Shown in pieces: positions 1-9,543 of a DNA stretch of 64,000 nt. Position numbers and translations under genes: made by a program. The stretch covers positions 4,832,001 through 4,896,000 of the forward strand of contig CATQHZ020000001.1 in assembly GCA_958296135.2 (NCBI GenBank), in the 5' to 3' direction. Source of the DNA: an uncultured Poribacteria bacterium (GTDB taxonomy: Bacteria; Poribacteria; WGA-4E; WGA-3G). How positions within the stretch are numbered: position 1 is the first letter of the stretch; each line of letters starts with the position of its first letter. The notes beneath the pieces are model-generated. The model was not told the DNA's origin, did no database searches, and saw only the letters and a program-made list of their open reading frames with translations.

Positions 1-1
1 T

Positions 2-847
2 ATCAACATCACGTTGGATCCGCTGCTGATTTTCGGGATATGGAAATTTCCGAAACTGGGAGTGGCAGGTTCGGCGTATGCGACGCTCATCGGCAGAGGC
101 CTCGGCGTGAGTGTCTTGCTCTATCTCTGTTGGAGCGGCCGCGCGCCGCTCTCGCTGCGCAACGTCGAATTCCGCGCGGATTTGGTAGAAATGCTTGACA
201 TTTTACGGCTCGGCATTTATAGTTCAATGCAGGGGTTCTGGCGGCATCTGTCCCGCCTCGGGTTCCTGTGGGTAATCGGGCCGTTTGGAAAGAACGTCGT
301 CGCGGCGTATACGATTTGCATGCGGCTTCGGATTCTGGTGATGACCCCGGGGTTTGGCATCTCACACGCCGTATTACCGATGGTGGGACAGAATCTCGGC
401 GCGAACCAGATAGAACGCGCAGCAAAATCAACGCGGGTTGCGAACCTGGTTGGCGCGGCAGTGATGACGCTCATCGGCGCGATGTTCCTCTTTTTCCCGC
501 AGGTATTCATTCGGATTTTCGCGCCAGATGAACCGGACGTTGTGGACATCGGCGCGGTTTATTTACAATTTTTATCACCCACGTTCGGCTTTATCGCTTT
601 TTCATTGGTGTTCGGACGTGCCTTAAACGGTGCAGGCGATACGTTCTCGCCGATGATAATTACGCTGGCGGCGCAAATCGGTGTCGGGTTAGGGCTCGTC
701 ATCGTGTTATCGCACTTCATCGGCTTGAACGGCGTGTGGCTCGGCATCGCGCTCTCCAATGTTGTGCAAGGCATCGCCATGTGGCTCTGGTATCGCACCG
801 GCAGATGGAAGACAAAACGCGTTGTGAAAAAAAGTAGGAGAAACTAG
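2..847 (+). CDS. MATE family efflux transporter (5' end outside the window)
   Basis: Open frame from the window edge; multiple TM helices; LGVAGSAYAT, GQNLGA and GAGDT MATE motifs. Confidence 0.9.
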   Translation: MNITLDPLLIFGIWKFPKLGVAGSAYATLIGRGLGVSVLLYLCWSGRAPLSLRNVEFRADLVEMLDILRLGIYSSMQGFWRHLSRLGFLWVIGPFGKNVVAAYTICMRLRILVMTPGFGISHAVLPMVGQNLGANQIERAAKSTRVANLVGAAVMTLIGAMFLFFPQVFIRIFAPDEPDVVDIGAVYLQFLSPTFGFIAFSLVFGRALNGAGDTFSPMIITLAAQIGVGLGLVIVLSHFIGLNGVWLGIALSNVVQGIAMWLWYRTGRWKTKRVVKKSRRN

Positions 848-849
848 CA

Positions 850-1680
850 ATGGCTTACAAAGGCTACGAAAACCCTCAACTGGTAATCACCGCTGAGGCG
901 TTGAAAGACGAACTAGACAAGGAGACGTTCTGTATCGTCGATACACGGCCGACGTATGAATATATCCGCGGGCATATCCCCGGGGCACTGCACTTGGATC
1001 TGTTCGGGTTGAGTCTCACGGACACCCGCATGGAGACGTTTGATACCTTTATGGGGATGATGGCGTACCTGTTTCAGCAGCGCGGACTAGACCCGAGGAA
1101 ACCCATCGTCTGGTATGAGGACATTTCTGGGACTCGTGCCTCACGCGGCTTCTGGTTCTGTGAATACATGGGCCATACTGAGCCGCGGCTGTTAGATGGC
1201 GGTTTCAAGGCGTGGCTTGCAGCAGAGGGCCCCGTCAGTACGGCCGGTGCAGAACCGTCGGAAGTGCCGCCGTTTCCTATCCTTGCACGGCACGATACGC
1301 ACATGAACGTAGATCTGATCCGGCTGCTGCTGAACCGGGACGATTTTATCCCGTTGGATACGCGCACGCCGGATGAACACTACGGCAGAGTGGCGCGTGC
1401 CGCACGCGCCGGTGCCATCCCCGGCTCCATCCATATCGAGTGGCTCGACAACCTTGACGAAAAGGGCGCATTCAAACCAGCCGATGAACTCCGGGAGATG
1501 TACGAGGCAGTCGGCATCTCACCGGACAAGCAGGTAATGTGCTACTGACAGGGCGGCTACCGCTCTTCACAGTCCTATTTGGCGTTGCGGCTTTTGGGCT
1601 ACCCGAAAGTGAGCAACTACATCGGTTCGTGGAAAGAGTGGGGAGACCGGCTGGATTTGCCGGTCGAAGTTCCGGAGTAA
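850..1680 (+). CDS. Tandem-domain rhodanese/sulfurtransferase, probable selenoprotein (in-frame TGA 1546-1548 at the catalytic Cys position)
   Basis: GHIPGA and LLDGGFKAW motifs; reading through the TGA gives CY-U-QGGYRS...[16 protein letters not shown] to TAA at 1678-1680, the standard rhodanese active loop and C-terminal signature. Confidence 0.88.
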
Positions 1681-1694
1681 TTTCGTTGCGAATC

Positions 1695-1726
1695 TGTAAG
1701 GACGGATATAGACATCCGTCCTTACA
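1695..1726. repeat. Palindromic intergenic repeat (GTAA..GGAT-N6-ATCC..TTAC family); related copies at 42081-42112, 44191-44217, 48217-48244 and ~38234-38262
   Basis: Perfect 13-bp stem TGTAAGGACGGAT/ATCCGTCCTTACA; recurs after gene ends. Confidence 0.8.
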
Positions 1727-1740
1727 ACAGCCGCCTTACA

Positions 1741-1770
1741 TTGACATCTGCTCAGAATTTATGATAAAAT
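1741..1770 (+). promoter_or_regulatory. Sigma70-like promoter
   Basis: TTGACA-18-TAAAAT with a TG extension. Confidence 0.55.
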
Positions 1771-1831
1771 GTTGACAACAGATAGAAGATTCCCTAACAT
1801 TTGTGGGTTACTTAAAAAAAGGACTATCTTC

Positions 1832-2296
1832 ATGCCAGCAGAACGTCAATCGCTAATTAGTGTCAAAGACGTAGAAACCGCTATCGTTCATTTCGGAATA
1901 ATGGAGTCGATTTATCCCTTTCTTGTCATCGGATACGTTCTCATAAAAGGCGGGCACACGCCGCTTGAGACGCTGTTCCTCATTCTGAGGCATTTTCCGA
2001 CAGGCATGCAAATTGGGATAGGGCTCATCATCTTCAAGGAGGCAGTAGACATCATGCTATTCAGACGTTGGAGTGAAGCCAAAGCCGAATTTGCCGCACG
2101 CATCGAACAAGCAAAAACCGAAGGCAAAGCCGAAGGCAAAGCTGAAGGCAAAGCTGAAGGCAAAGCTGAAGGCAAAGCTGAAGGCAAAGCTGAAGGCGTT
2201 GCGGAACGGGACCGGCAGTGGGCGGCGTGGAATAACCGTCGCACAGCAGCGGAAGCGAAGGGCGAACCGTTTAACGAACCGCCACCGCATCCATAA
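1832..2296 (+). CDS. Small membrane protein with C-terminal (EGKA)6 repeats, resembling an Rpn-type tail
   Basis: Hydrophobic N-half; 12-bp tandem GAAGGCAAAGCT at 2120-2197. Confidence 0.6.
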   Translation: MPAERQSLISVKDVETAIVHFGIMESIYPFLVIGYVLIKGGHTPLETLFLILRHFPTGMQIGIGLIIFKEAVDIMLFRRWSEAKAEFAARIEQAKTEGKAEGKAEGKAEGKAEGKAEGKAEGVAERDRQWAAWNNRRTAAEAKGEPFNEPPPHP

Positions 2297-2386
2297 CGAA
2301 CACGGCGACGCACGCGATGTGAAGAGAACGGGGACACTGCCCCCGTTCTCTCTTGCGAAGCCCTCCCGCGGCTCTGCCTATCGTCT

Positions 2387-3589
2387 CTAAAAAAACTGTG
2401 CCGCCACTGTCTCACCCGCTTGTAACGTCACGCCCTTAGGAATCGTAATCAACCCGTTCGCTAGCACCAACGAATGGAGGATACCTGAACCTTGCGGGCC
2501 TGTCGTTCTCGCGTTCCATTCTCCATCTTCTTCGGTGAGGATAGCGCGCATATAGTTCACACGTCCATCGCTGTTGGCGACATCTTCGGCGAGCGTCGCC
2601 TTGAAAGTAGGACGCAACAACGCCGAATGCCCCGCCATCTTCAGCAGCGCAGGGCGCACGAAGAGTTCAAACACAACGAGCGAGGAGACCGGATTACCAG
2701 GCAACCCAAAAATCGGTTTTCCATCAGCGATGCCGTATGCCTGCGGTTTGCCCGGTTTCATTGCAACGCGCCAGAAGTGAATCTCACCCAATCTCTCCAA
2801 GACACTTTTGACGACATCGTATTCTCCCACCGAAACGCCGCCGCTGGTGATGAGCGCATCTGCCTGTGAAAGCGCGGCACGGAAAATCCGTTCTGTCTCC
2901 GCCTCGTCATCAGGCGCGATGCCCATGTCAATCGGGACACCGCCCGCCTCCTCAACCTGCGCATAGATGCCGTAGCGGTTGCTATCTCGGATTTTTCCCG
3001 GCTCAAGCGGTTCACCGAGTCGCGTGAGCTCATCGCCGGTTGAGACGATAGCGACGGTAGGCTTCCGATGCACCTTCACCGCCGAACAATTGAGAGAAGC
3101 AAGCATAGAAATTTCGGGGGGACGGAGATGTTTCCCCGGTTCCATCACAAGCGCGCCCCGCGTGACACTCTCCCCAGCGAAACGAACGTTTTCGTTTTCG
3201 TCCACGCCTTCAAAGATGTTGACACCCCCGTTTTGGGGGCGCGTTACCTCTTGCATGACGACAGCATCCGCGCCACTCGGCATCATCGCCCCGGTCATAA
3301 TGCGCGCCGCTTGCCCGCTACCGACAGGTTTTGTCGGCGCATCTCCTGCAGCGAGTGTCTCGACAATAGAGAGGACAGCCGGACGCGCCTCGGACGCGCC
3401 TATCACATCAGCGGATTGGACAGCGAATCCGTCCATCGCCGAATTATCAAACGGCGGGATGTCTTCGGCGGCATAGAGTGCTTCGGCCAACACATATCCA
3501 TGGCAGTCAAGGATGTCGCGTTTCTCTATAGGCAAAACGGGAATAGTGGCGAGCATCCGTTGGCGTGCTTCTTCAACAGTAAGCATCAT
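2387..3589 (-). CDS. moeA: Molybdopterin molybdenumtransferase
   Basis: PPFDNSAMDGFA, IMTGA, STGDEL, KPGKP and LPGNPVSS motifs; GGAGG RBS before ATG 3589. Confidence 0.95.
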   Translation of the reverse strand: MMLTVEEARQRMLATIPVLPIEKRDILDCHGYVLAEALYAAEDIPPFDNSAMDGFAVQSADVIGASEARPAVLSIVETLAAGDAPTKPVGSGQAARIMTGAMMPSGADAVVMQEVTRPQNGGVNIFEGVDENENVRFAGESVTRGALVMEPGKHLRPPEISMLASLNCSAVKVHRKPTVAIVSTGDELTRLGEPLEPGKIRDSNRYGIYAQVEEAGGVPIDMGIAPDDEAETERIFRAALSQADALITSGGVSVGEYDVVKSVLERLGEIHFWRVAMKPGKPQAYGIADGKPIFGLPGNPVSSLVVFELFVRPALLKMAGHSALLRPTFKATLAEDVANSDGRVNYMRAILTEEDGEWNARTTGPQGSGILHSLVLANGLITIPKGVTLQAGETVAAQFF

Positions 3590-3660
3590 GATTTTCCTCC
3601 TACCTCCCACAAGAGCACGAGGCACAGGCACTCGCGCCCCGGTGGAGAGGCAGCAATTGG

Positions 3661-4182
3661 CTAACGCCCTACCTCCCATGCCAAATGTTGGAGCTCCGGC
3701 CCGATGAGTTTCTCCCATGCCAACTGCACAGCAGCAGTAGAACCCGGCGTGGAGATAACCACCTTGCCGCGATAGACACCCGCTGTCGCGCGTGAAAGCA
3801 TGGCAGCGGCTCCAACCTGTTCATAACTGAACATCCGGAACAGTTCGCCGAAGCCAGGCAGCGTCTTCTCCAACTTGCGGTTGAGAACATCAAACGTCGT
3901 GTCGCGCGGTGCGATGCCGGTACCGCCGTTGAATAAAATGACGCGCGCATCGCTGGCCGCCATCTCATCTAAAACCGATGCTACCTGAGCCGGTTCATCT
4001 TTGATAATCTGGTATGCAACCACGCTGTTCCCTTCCGCCGATAACTGTTCTCGTAGAAAGACAGCGTTCTTGTCCGTCTCCGGCGTGCGCGTATCGCTGA
4101 CGGTGACAATCGCGACAGCGACGGCTCCCTGTTCGGTTGCCATGTCTCGATGTTGTTGTGTGCTAGTAGAACCTGTTGTCAT
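3661..4182 (-). CDS. moaB: Molybdenum cofactor biosynthesis protein B (MogA/MoaB family)
   Basis: [27 protein letters not shown] and SRATAG motifs. Confidence 0.9.
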   Translation of the reverse strand: MTTGSTSTQQHRDMATEQGAVAVAIVTVSDTRTPETDKNAVFLREQLSAEGNSVVAYQIIKDEPAQVASVLDEMAASDARVILFNGGTGIAPRDTTFDVLNRKLEKTLPGFGELFRMFSYEQVGAAAMLSRATAGVYRGKVVISTPGSTAAVQLAWEKLIGPELQHLAWEVGR

Positions 4183-4279
4183 TGTTAATTCCTTCTGTTC
4201 CTTTGAACCTACACAAATCGAGACAAGAGCAGAGATAACGTCTATTGCGTTACCATCTCTACCGTGTGGTTTGCAGCGA

Positions 4280-5833
4280 TTATCTCGCTGGAGGAACCCT
4301 CAAAGCACGTGACATTTCCGCTATGAAAATACCGCGTGCGCCGTTTAAATCCCTGTCACACCGATGACCGTCTGCATCAGTAATCACCTTCGCACCGCCG
4401 AGGTTCTCGACAATGTTACCTGTCCAGCTAATCGTCTTTGACGTATATGCTTCATTGGCATCAACTACAAGAACGCCATATTCCTTCGCCTTTTGCTTCA
4501 GGAACATTTTGAACTGGTAATGCGATAACGTGAGCATTTGTCGGACAGACTTTTTACGGAGCTTCCTCGCACCACGCCGTGTCATCTGCTTTGTTTCAAA
4601 CGTCGGCAGCAGGATAACGTCGTAAGTATTGACAAGGAAGTGTGCAACTTTCTTGTGTAGTTCCTTCACAAGATTACGGATGTTTACCTGAATCTTCTGT
4701 GCGCATTTTCGCAAGGTGCGCCGTAGCGGACGCTTTACTTGTGTTGCGCGGGAGTAGAGATCATCTGCATGTTGGCAGAGCCTCTGGATACGATTAATTG
4801 CATGATGTCCGAGCCAGCCGAACGCCGTTTCAGAAAACATTGTCATGAACGTCCGAACGCCAGGGTCGAGTGCTACGATATGTCCGCTTGAGTCTCGCGG
4901 TTTTGTTTTCTCGATGTAGCTGACGTTCATATAAAACCTGTCATGTTCCATGACGATGCGACTCTCTTTTACCTCAGATTCATGGTCACGTTCCGCCTTC
5001 TTGCCAGGACCTTGCGGCTTCGCTGGGAGCGTTTCTGTCATCTTCATTTCACCGAGTAAGCGGACATAAAAACCATGAGTTTTGATGAACTGCGCACACA
5101 GGTAAAACGACTTCGTGGTGTTCTTCTTCCTGCGGAACTTTACGCATTGCGGTTCACCTGTTTCCTTCCACTTTCGCCGTGCTGCAGTCACCGCTTTCTG
5201 TGCATCCATCACTGCACCGACACGGATATGTCGAGGACAATTCGATGTCCACTCAGGCAGTGTTTTTAGCAAGTCAGGCGCATAAACCTTGCGTCCTTTA
5301 TTGAATTGCTTCACCGCCTCGTTGTAGACGTAACGTGAGATACCTTCCCACCTACGGAGTCTCGCTTTCTGTGCCGTTGTGGGTAAGATTTCGATCTGCT
5401 TTGATTTCGTCACGGTAGCGTCGGAGTCCATACATCCGTGAGGAAAAGACGTGGAGAATCTCCAGCAAATCGGAAGTAAGTTCCTGTTCGGGACTGTGAG
5501 GAGTTTGGTTGAGAACCACGACTTCTCCACCGTTTTGCTCGATAAGATATCGAATGACTTCGCTGCCGAAGCGGGCGAGTCTATCCCGATGGGCGACCAC
5601 AACGCGGCGTTGATCACCGCACAGGACTCTGTCCAATATCCGCTGGAGTCCTTTTCGCTTGAAGTTGATGCCACTGCCGAAGTCTTCAATGACTTCCGCA
5701 TCTGGGAACTTTTCCTGCATGTAGGCGACTTGCGAGGCGAGGGCGTCCGCCTGCGCTTTTCCGCTGACACGGAAACCGAAGCAAATGGTAGAAATGTCTG
5801 GTTGACGTTGAGCATCAACAAACTTTTGGACAT
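4280..5833 (-). CDS. tnpB: RNA-guided nuclease TnpB, IS607 type (start uncertain: 5833 or 5431)
   Basis: Ruv[25 protein letters not shown], Ruv[14 protein letters not shown]. Confidence 0.9.
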   Translation of the reverse strand: MSKSLLMLNVNQTFLPFASVSVSAEKRRRTPSPRKSPTCRKSSQMRKSLKTSAVASTSSEKDSSGYWTESCAVINAALWSPIGIDSPASAAKSFDILSSKTVEKSWFSTKLLTVPNRNLLPICWRFSTSFPHGCMDSDATVTKSKQIEILPTTAQKARLRRWEGISRYVYNEAVKQFNKGRKVYAPDLLKTLPEWTSNCPRHIRVGAVMDAQKAVTAARRKWKETGEPQCVKFRRKKNTTKSFYLCAQFIKTHGFYVRLLGEMKMTETLPAKPQGPGKKAERDHESEVKESRIVMEHDRFYMNVSYIEKTKPRDSSGHIVALDPGVRTFMTMFSETAFGWLGHHAINRIQRLCQHADDLYSRATQVKRPLRRTLRKCAQKIQVNIRNLVKELHKKVAHFLVNTYDVILLPTFETKQMTRRGARKLRKKSVRQMLTLSHYQFKMFLKQKAKEYGVLVVDANEAYTSKTISWTGNIVENLGGAKVITDADGHRCDRDLNGARGIFIAEMSRALRVPPAR

Positions 5834-5960
5834 CGTAACGCCGATGACCGCCTCCAGTGCGCACGCAGTCGATTTCGCCGCGTGCTTCCATCCTGCGAAG
5901 GTGCTCGATGGAAATATCCAACACCTGCGCAGCGTTTTGTGGTGACATTAGGTTATTCAT
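5352..5960 (-). CDS. tnpA: IS607 transposase (MerR-like HTH plus serine recombinase)
   Basis: [31 protein letters not shown] and FSSRMYG motifs. Confidence 0.92.
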   Translation of the reverse strand: MNNLMSPQNAAQVLDISIEHLRRMEARGEIDCVRTGGGHRRYDVQKFVDAQRQPDISTICFGFRVSGKAQADALASQVAYMQEKFPDAEVIEDFGSGINFKRKGLQRILDRVLCGDQRRVVVAHRDRLARFGSEVIRYLIEQNGGEVVVLNQTPHSPEQELTSDLLEILHVFSSRMYGLRRYRDEIKADRNLTHNGTESETP

Positions 5961-5966
5961 ACCTAC

Positions 5967-5995
5967 ATTATCCCACATTTATTCCGCTTTGTCAA
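5967..5995 (-). promoter_or_regulatory. Sigma70 promoter of tnpA, probably giving a leaderless mRNA
   Basis: TTGACA-17-GATAAT ending 6 nt before ATG 5960; no Shine-Dalgarno. Confidence 0.7.
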
Positions 5996-6057
5996 GTAAA
6001 AACGACATTTATACCGATTGACTCGGATTTTCGGGGTCTAGCACTCAACTCCTTCTC

Positions 6058-6145
6058 GTAGCGCGAGGGTTTCCTGTCCCTTTTCAATCAAAACCTGCAC
6101 CCTAACCGTAGCGCGAGGGCCGTCACGGGCACGTCTGTCCCTCGC
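6058..6145. repeat. GTAG-type REP palindromes (GTAG-[C/G]GCGAGGG...CCCTCGC); other copies at 27368-27396, 31081-31124, 34653-34680, 42125-42176, 54528-54645 and 56221-56245
   Basis: Repeated GTAG tetranucleotide followed by a GC-rich palindrome. Confidence 0.8.
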
Positions 6146-6151
6146 AAGCGA

Positions 6152-8347
6152 TTATTGATTTGGATACCCGCGCCTGAGATGTTTGGGCATCGGATAGAAA
6201 CGTCCCCCGGTCTTCTCCACCAGCGTCGCCTGAAAATCGTTGGGCATCGGATGCCCGATGACATACGCACGGATGCCAAGTGACTGACACGCCTCTATTG
6301 CGCGTTCGGGGAGATAGCTGCCGGTTGTCGGTTCATCGGTTAAGATAAGCAGAAAGCGGCTTGCATACGGGCTGAATTTCACCTTCGGCACGCCTTCTAC
6401 GATAGCATCGATGAGATGTTCATCGCCGCCGAAAGGGGCTTCCATGAGACGCTCCAGCATCGCTTCGTTGAGCGGCATCGGTGTTACCACTGCGCCGTTG
6501 ATAACCTTAATCGCATCCTTCGCCGCCGCGAAACGGATGAGCCCGATGCGATACTTTATCGGCAGAATATCCAACCGCCCGATAAGCGTGCTGAGTCCGA
6601 GCATAATCGCCTGCGATTTGCCGCCCATGCTTCGGCTGTAATCTAGCACGATGACGATGTCAACGGTAGGCTCAAACCCTTTGTTTGCGGCAACCCCCGG
6701 GGCTGCACCAGCGTAGATATTGAGCCGATTTTTGTCGCTGCGGATAGTATACATCCGGTGGTGCCGTGCGTCGTTGAGGAGCCATCTGTTGCCACGCCGC
6801 TGCGGCATCGCCGTGAGATTCGCGGAGATATTCAGACGCTCCGGGAAAATGCCGGCGTAGACGTTCAATTTATTGCCCTCTTTGCGAACGGTATAGACGC
6901 GCCGGTTCACGTTATCCGTAATCATCCACAAATCGCCTTCGTCTTTCTCCCAGATAGTCGCGCTTTCAGAGAGACGGGTATCCGCTCCCAACGAAACCCC
7001 TTTTCTCCCGAATTCGCGAAGCAACTTTTTCATCGGAATATCGCCATCTTCGAGGAAGACTTCAAATTTCGCCTCCAGGCTAAACAGTAAACTGCCGCCG
7101 TTTCGCCGAATGTCTGTGGCGATGTCGCGAAAAACTTTGAGGAACGCCTCATTTTCAACACGCGTCGTCGGCAGCGAGGCAGCAGTCCCGATATCGCCCG
7201 GGATGCGCTGCCAGAGCCCACCTGTCTCTTCCGCCAACTGCTGCTGAAAAGGTTCGGGATGCCCGAGGACATTGACGTGAATCTGCTCCAATTGATACCG
7301 ACTGAGCACCTTCGCGCGCATCGCTGTATACGCATCCTCTTTTTTCAAGCGAGTCGTCGCCGGTTCATCCGTGACGAGGATAAGATACTTATCGGCATCG
7401 GCGTGGAAATCGATGTAGCCGAGGGTATCAATGAGCGCATCCAAGGCGTGTTCTGTGCCGCTCAGCGTCGTTTTCTGCATTCGGCGGCGGAGCATGCCGA
7501 CATCCGGCATGAGGGAGCGAATCTGGAGTTGTTGTCCCTCGCGCCGCACGCTAAACTCCGCCATGCCAAAGTGATATTCCAGATTGACGTAGTCAAACGC
7601 ATCGCTCATGCTATAAAGGTTTGCAGCCACTTGCTGGATGTTATCGCGCATGCTCGCGCTCGTATCCAAAACAAAGACGACATTGACTTTGTCAAGTTCG
7701 CGCGTGCCAATAACGTGGTCTGCAATGTTTCGCAGTGCTTCGGCGAATGGGTTTGTGCTGTCCCCTTCACCCTCACCGCCGCCGCCATCTTCCCCCTCGC
7801 CATCCCCGACGGTGCCGATTTCCGACGTACCTGTGGATTCAAGCCGATGAAACCCGCTGCCGCCCTCACCTTTGACGCGCTGCCGAAAACTGTCTACGCC
7901 TGCCCCCGCTGTGCTTTGAAAGGGGCTCGCCACAGTTTCAGGGAGCGTCGCTCGGCTGTTGAAACGTTGTGCAGCCGTCGTCACTTCAGGAAGAGCCGCC
8001 GCCACATCCGACACCGCGCGCGTCGCGTTGTGCAGAAGTGCAGATTCCGATTGCAGCAGCGTTTCGTCAATCAAACTCGCGGATGCAGTCAATTTGAGGT
8101 GCTGCGGCTGTGCCTCGCTCGCGGCTTCGGCGTGCGCCGCTATCCGCTTTCGCAAAGGCTGTTTGAGCGTGCGGCGCGGTTTCTGAAGCTCCTTCTCCGC
8201 TACCAACTCTAACGCTATCGCATCTGCCACCTCGGACGGCCGATGAGTATAGAAAAAAAAGGAACCAATAATCGCAAAGCTGAGATGAACAATGCCTGAA
8301 ATGAGCAGTGCCCGCACGGAACGCGGTCGCGTAATGGAACGGTGCAT
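6152..8347 (-). CDS. Membrane-anchored protein with two vWA domains
   Basis: N-terminal TM (SGIVH); MIDAS motifs DTSAS and DYSRS; LVTDEP and LTDEP. Confidence 0.85.
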   Translation of the reverse strand: MHRSITRPRSVRALLISGIVHLSFAIIGSFFFYTHRPSEVADAIALELVAEKELQKPRRTLKQPLRKRIAAHAEAASEAQPQHLKLTASASLIDETLLQSESALLHNATRAVSDVAAALPEVTTAAQRFNSRATLPETVASPFQSTAGAGVDSFRQRVKGEGGSGFHRLESTGTSEIGTVGDGEGEDGGGGEGEGDSTNPFAEALRNIADHVIGTRELDKVNVVFVLDTSASMRDNIQQVAANLYSMSDAFDYVNLEYHFGMAEFSVRREGQQLQIRSLMPDVGMLRRRMQKTTLSGTEHALDALIDTLGYIDFHADADKYLILVTDEPATTRLKKEDAYTAMRAKVLSRYQLEQIHVNVLGHPEPFQQQLAEETGGLWQRIPGDIGTAASLPTTRVENEAFLKVFRDIATDIRRNGGSLLFSLEAKFEVFLEDGDIPMKKLLREFGRKGVSLGADTRLSESATIWEKDEGDLWMITDNVNRRVYTVRKEGNKLNVYAGIFPERLNISANLTAMPQRRGNRWLLNDARHHRMYTIRSDKNRLNIYAGAAPGVAANKGFEPTVDIVIVLDYSRSMGGKSQAIMLGLSTLIGRLDILPIKYRIGLIRFAAAKDAIKVINGAVVTPMPLNEAMLERLMEAPFGGDEHLIDAIVEGVPKVKFSPYASRFLLILTDEPTTGSYLPERAIEACQSLGIRAYVIGHPMPNDFQATLVEKTGGRFYPMPKHLRRGYPNQ

Positions 8348-8548
8348 AAGTTTTTCCTCCCAAAAAAAGCGTGTGCAGAAACGCGTATATAAAGTCTATC
8401 ATAAATTGCGAACCGATTTCAAACAGAAAATCAGCATCCGGATTTGCAGGAGGAGAAGAATTAATTTGTTGAAAAATTTCGTTTTTCATGCGATACTAAC
8501 AAAATGCCAACGAAAAACGCGGAAAAATAAAGACGATTCGCTTTTTTC

Positions 8549-8577
8549 TTGCATTTGAACGTTGAAAATGCTATAAT
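8549..8577 (+). promoter_or_regulatory. Sigma70-like promoter
   Basis: TTGCAT-17-TATAAT with a TG extension. Confidence 0.6.
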
Positions 8578-8741
8578 ATATAAAAGTGCGTTTTTTCAAC
8601 GCGCAATTGCGTGATTTGCATGCAGTACTGCTATCACACCAATTTTTATATTTTGTCCGGGCGAGAGATTTTGGGAAGCGCGCTTCTTACCCAAAGGACT
8701 TTCATCCGGATGCAACTCAATGAAAAGGAGATTTCATAGCT

Positions 8742-9461
8742 ATGAACAAATTAGCAATCTTGCTCATGATAGCCTGTGTCACTCTCACGCCGATGGCGTT
8801 CGCGCAGAATTGGCAGCCCGCGGGTGACGCATGGATTGAAAAATGGTGGGGGCTCGATCTGGTGACGGACACCGGTGGCTTCGACGACTCCGCCGCGGTA
8901 GACTACCTCTCCGAAGGAACCGGCGGCGCGATTTCCAACGCCTCCGTTTCTACGCGCGACGGTGCCGGAAAAACGGCGAACGTCATTGTCAACCTGCCCG
9001 ATAACGGCGGCGCGTTAGCCTGGTCTATCGTCACGCTGAACACGGAGGACCAGCTCAATCTGTCCACCAGCCACGGCCTCGCCGATGGCGGCGACATCAC
9101 ATGGCACGGGCTTATCGTCGTCATCTCACCCGATGACCGGCAGACGGTGATGCACCCAGCGCACGACGATTACGCGCAAATTTGGATCAATGGGGAACAG
9201 GTTTACGACAACTCCGAATGGACAGGCGGCGCACGCGAGGTAACAACACCCACCGAGATTAGCCTCCAGAAGGGCGAAAATTTCTTGCACTTCAAATGCG
9301 GCGAATCCGGCGGTGCCGATTATGTCAACCTCCGTTTTGAACCGACAGACACCGATCTCAAGATAGCACCGACGCAAGATAACCTCTTCATGGACGTCCT
9401 CACGCCGGTTGAACCGCAAGGCAAACTGGCGACGCGGTGGGCAGATATCAAGCGGCGGTAA
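8742..9461 (+). CDS. Secreted beta-sandwich protein with a Poribacteria-type C-terminal motif
   Basis: Signal peptide ending AFA; HDDYAQIWINGE; C-terminal PVEPQGKLATRWADIK; AAGGAG RBS. Confidence 0.8.
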   Translation: MNKLAILLMIACVTLTPMAFAQNWQPAGDAWIEKWWGLDLVTDTGGFDDSAAVDYLSEGTGGAISNASVSTRDGAGKTANVIVNLPDNGGALAWSIVTLNTEDQLNLSTSHGLADGGDITWHGLIVVISPDDRQTVMHPAHDDYAQIWINGEQVYDNSEWTGGAREVTTPTEISLQKGENFLHFKCGESGGADYVNLRFEPTDTDLKIAPTQDNLFMDVLTPVEPQGKLATRWADIKRR

Positions 9462-9466
9462 ATCGC

Positions 9467-9501
9467 AAAGCCCGTATCCAATCGAGGATACGGGCTTTTT
9501 T
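9467..9501 (+). terminator. Rho-independent terminator
   Basis: AAAGCCCGTATCC/GGATACGGGCTTT stem followed by a T-tract. Confidence 0.85.
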
Positions 9502-9543
9502 GTCGGCAAGGCATCAACTTTCGATAGTGCGGTAAACTTCCTA

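Larger units (their letters stand above)
4200..6015 (-). mobile_element. IS607-family insertion sequence (tnpA serine recombinase plus tnpB); ends approximate
   Basis: HTH-serine recombinase overlapping tnpB; candidate GG crossover dinucleotides at 4200-4201 and 6014-6015; repeated TAAATGT-like motifs near the left end. Confidence 0.85.

Noticed and set aside
7259-8212. Long antisense ORFs (also 25679-26308, 28104-29066, 51590-52543, 58680-59456)
   Set aside because: Shadows of well-supported opposite-strand genes in GC-rich DNA, with no motifs
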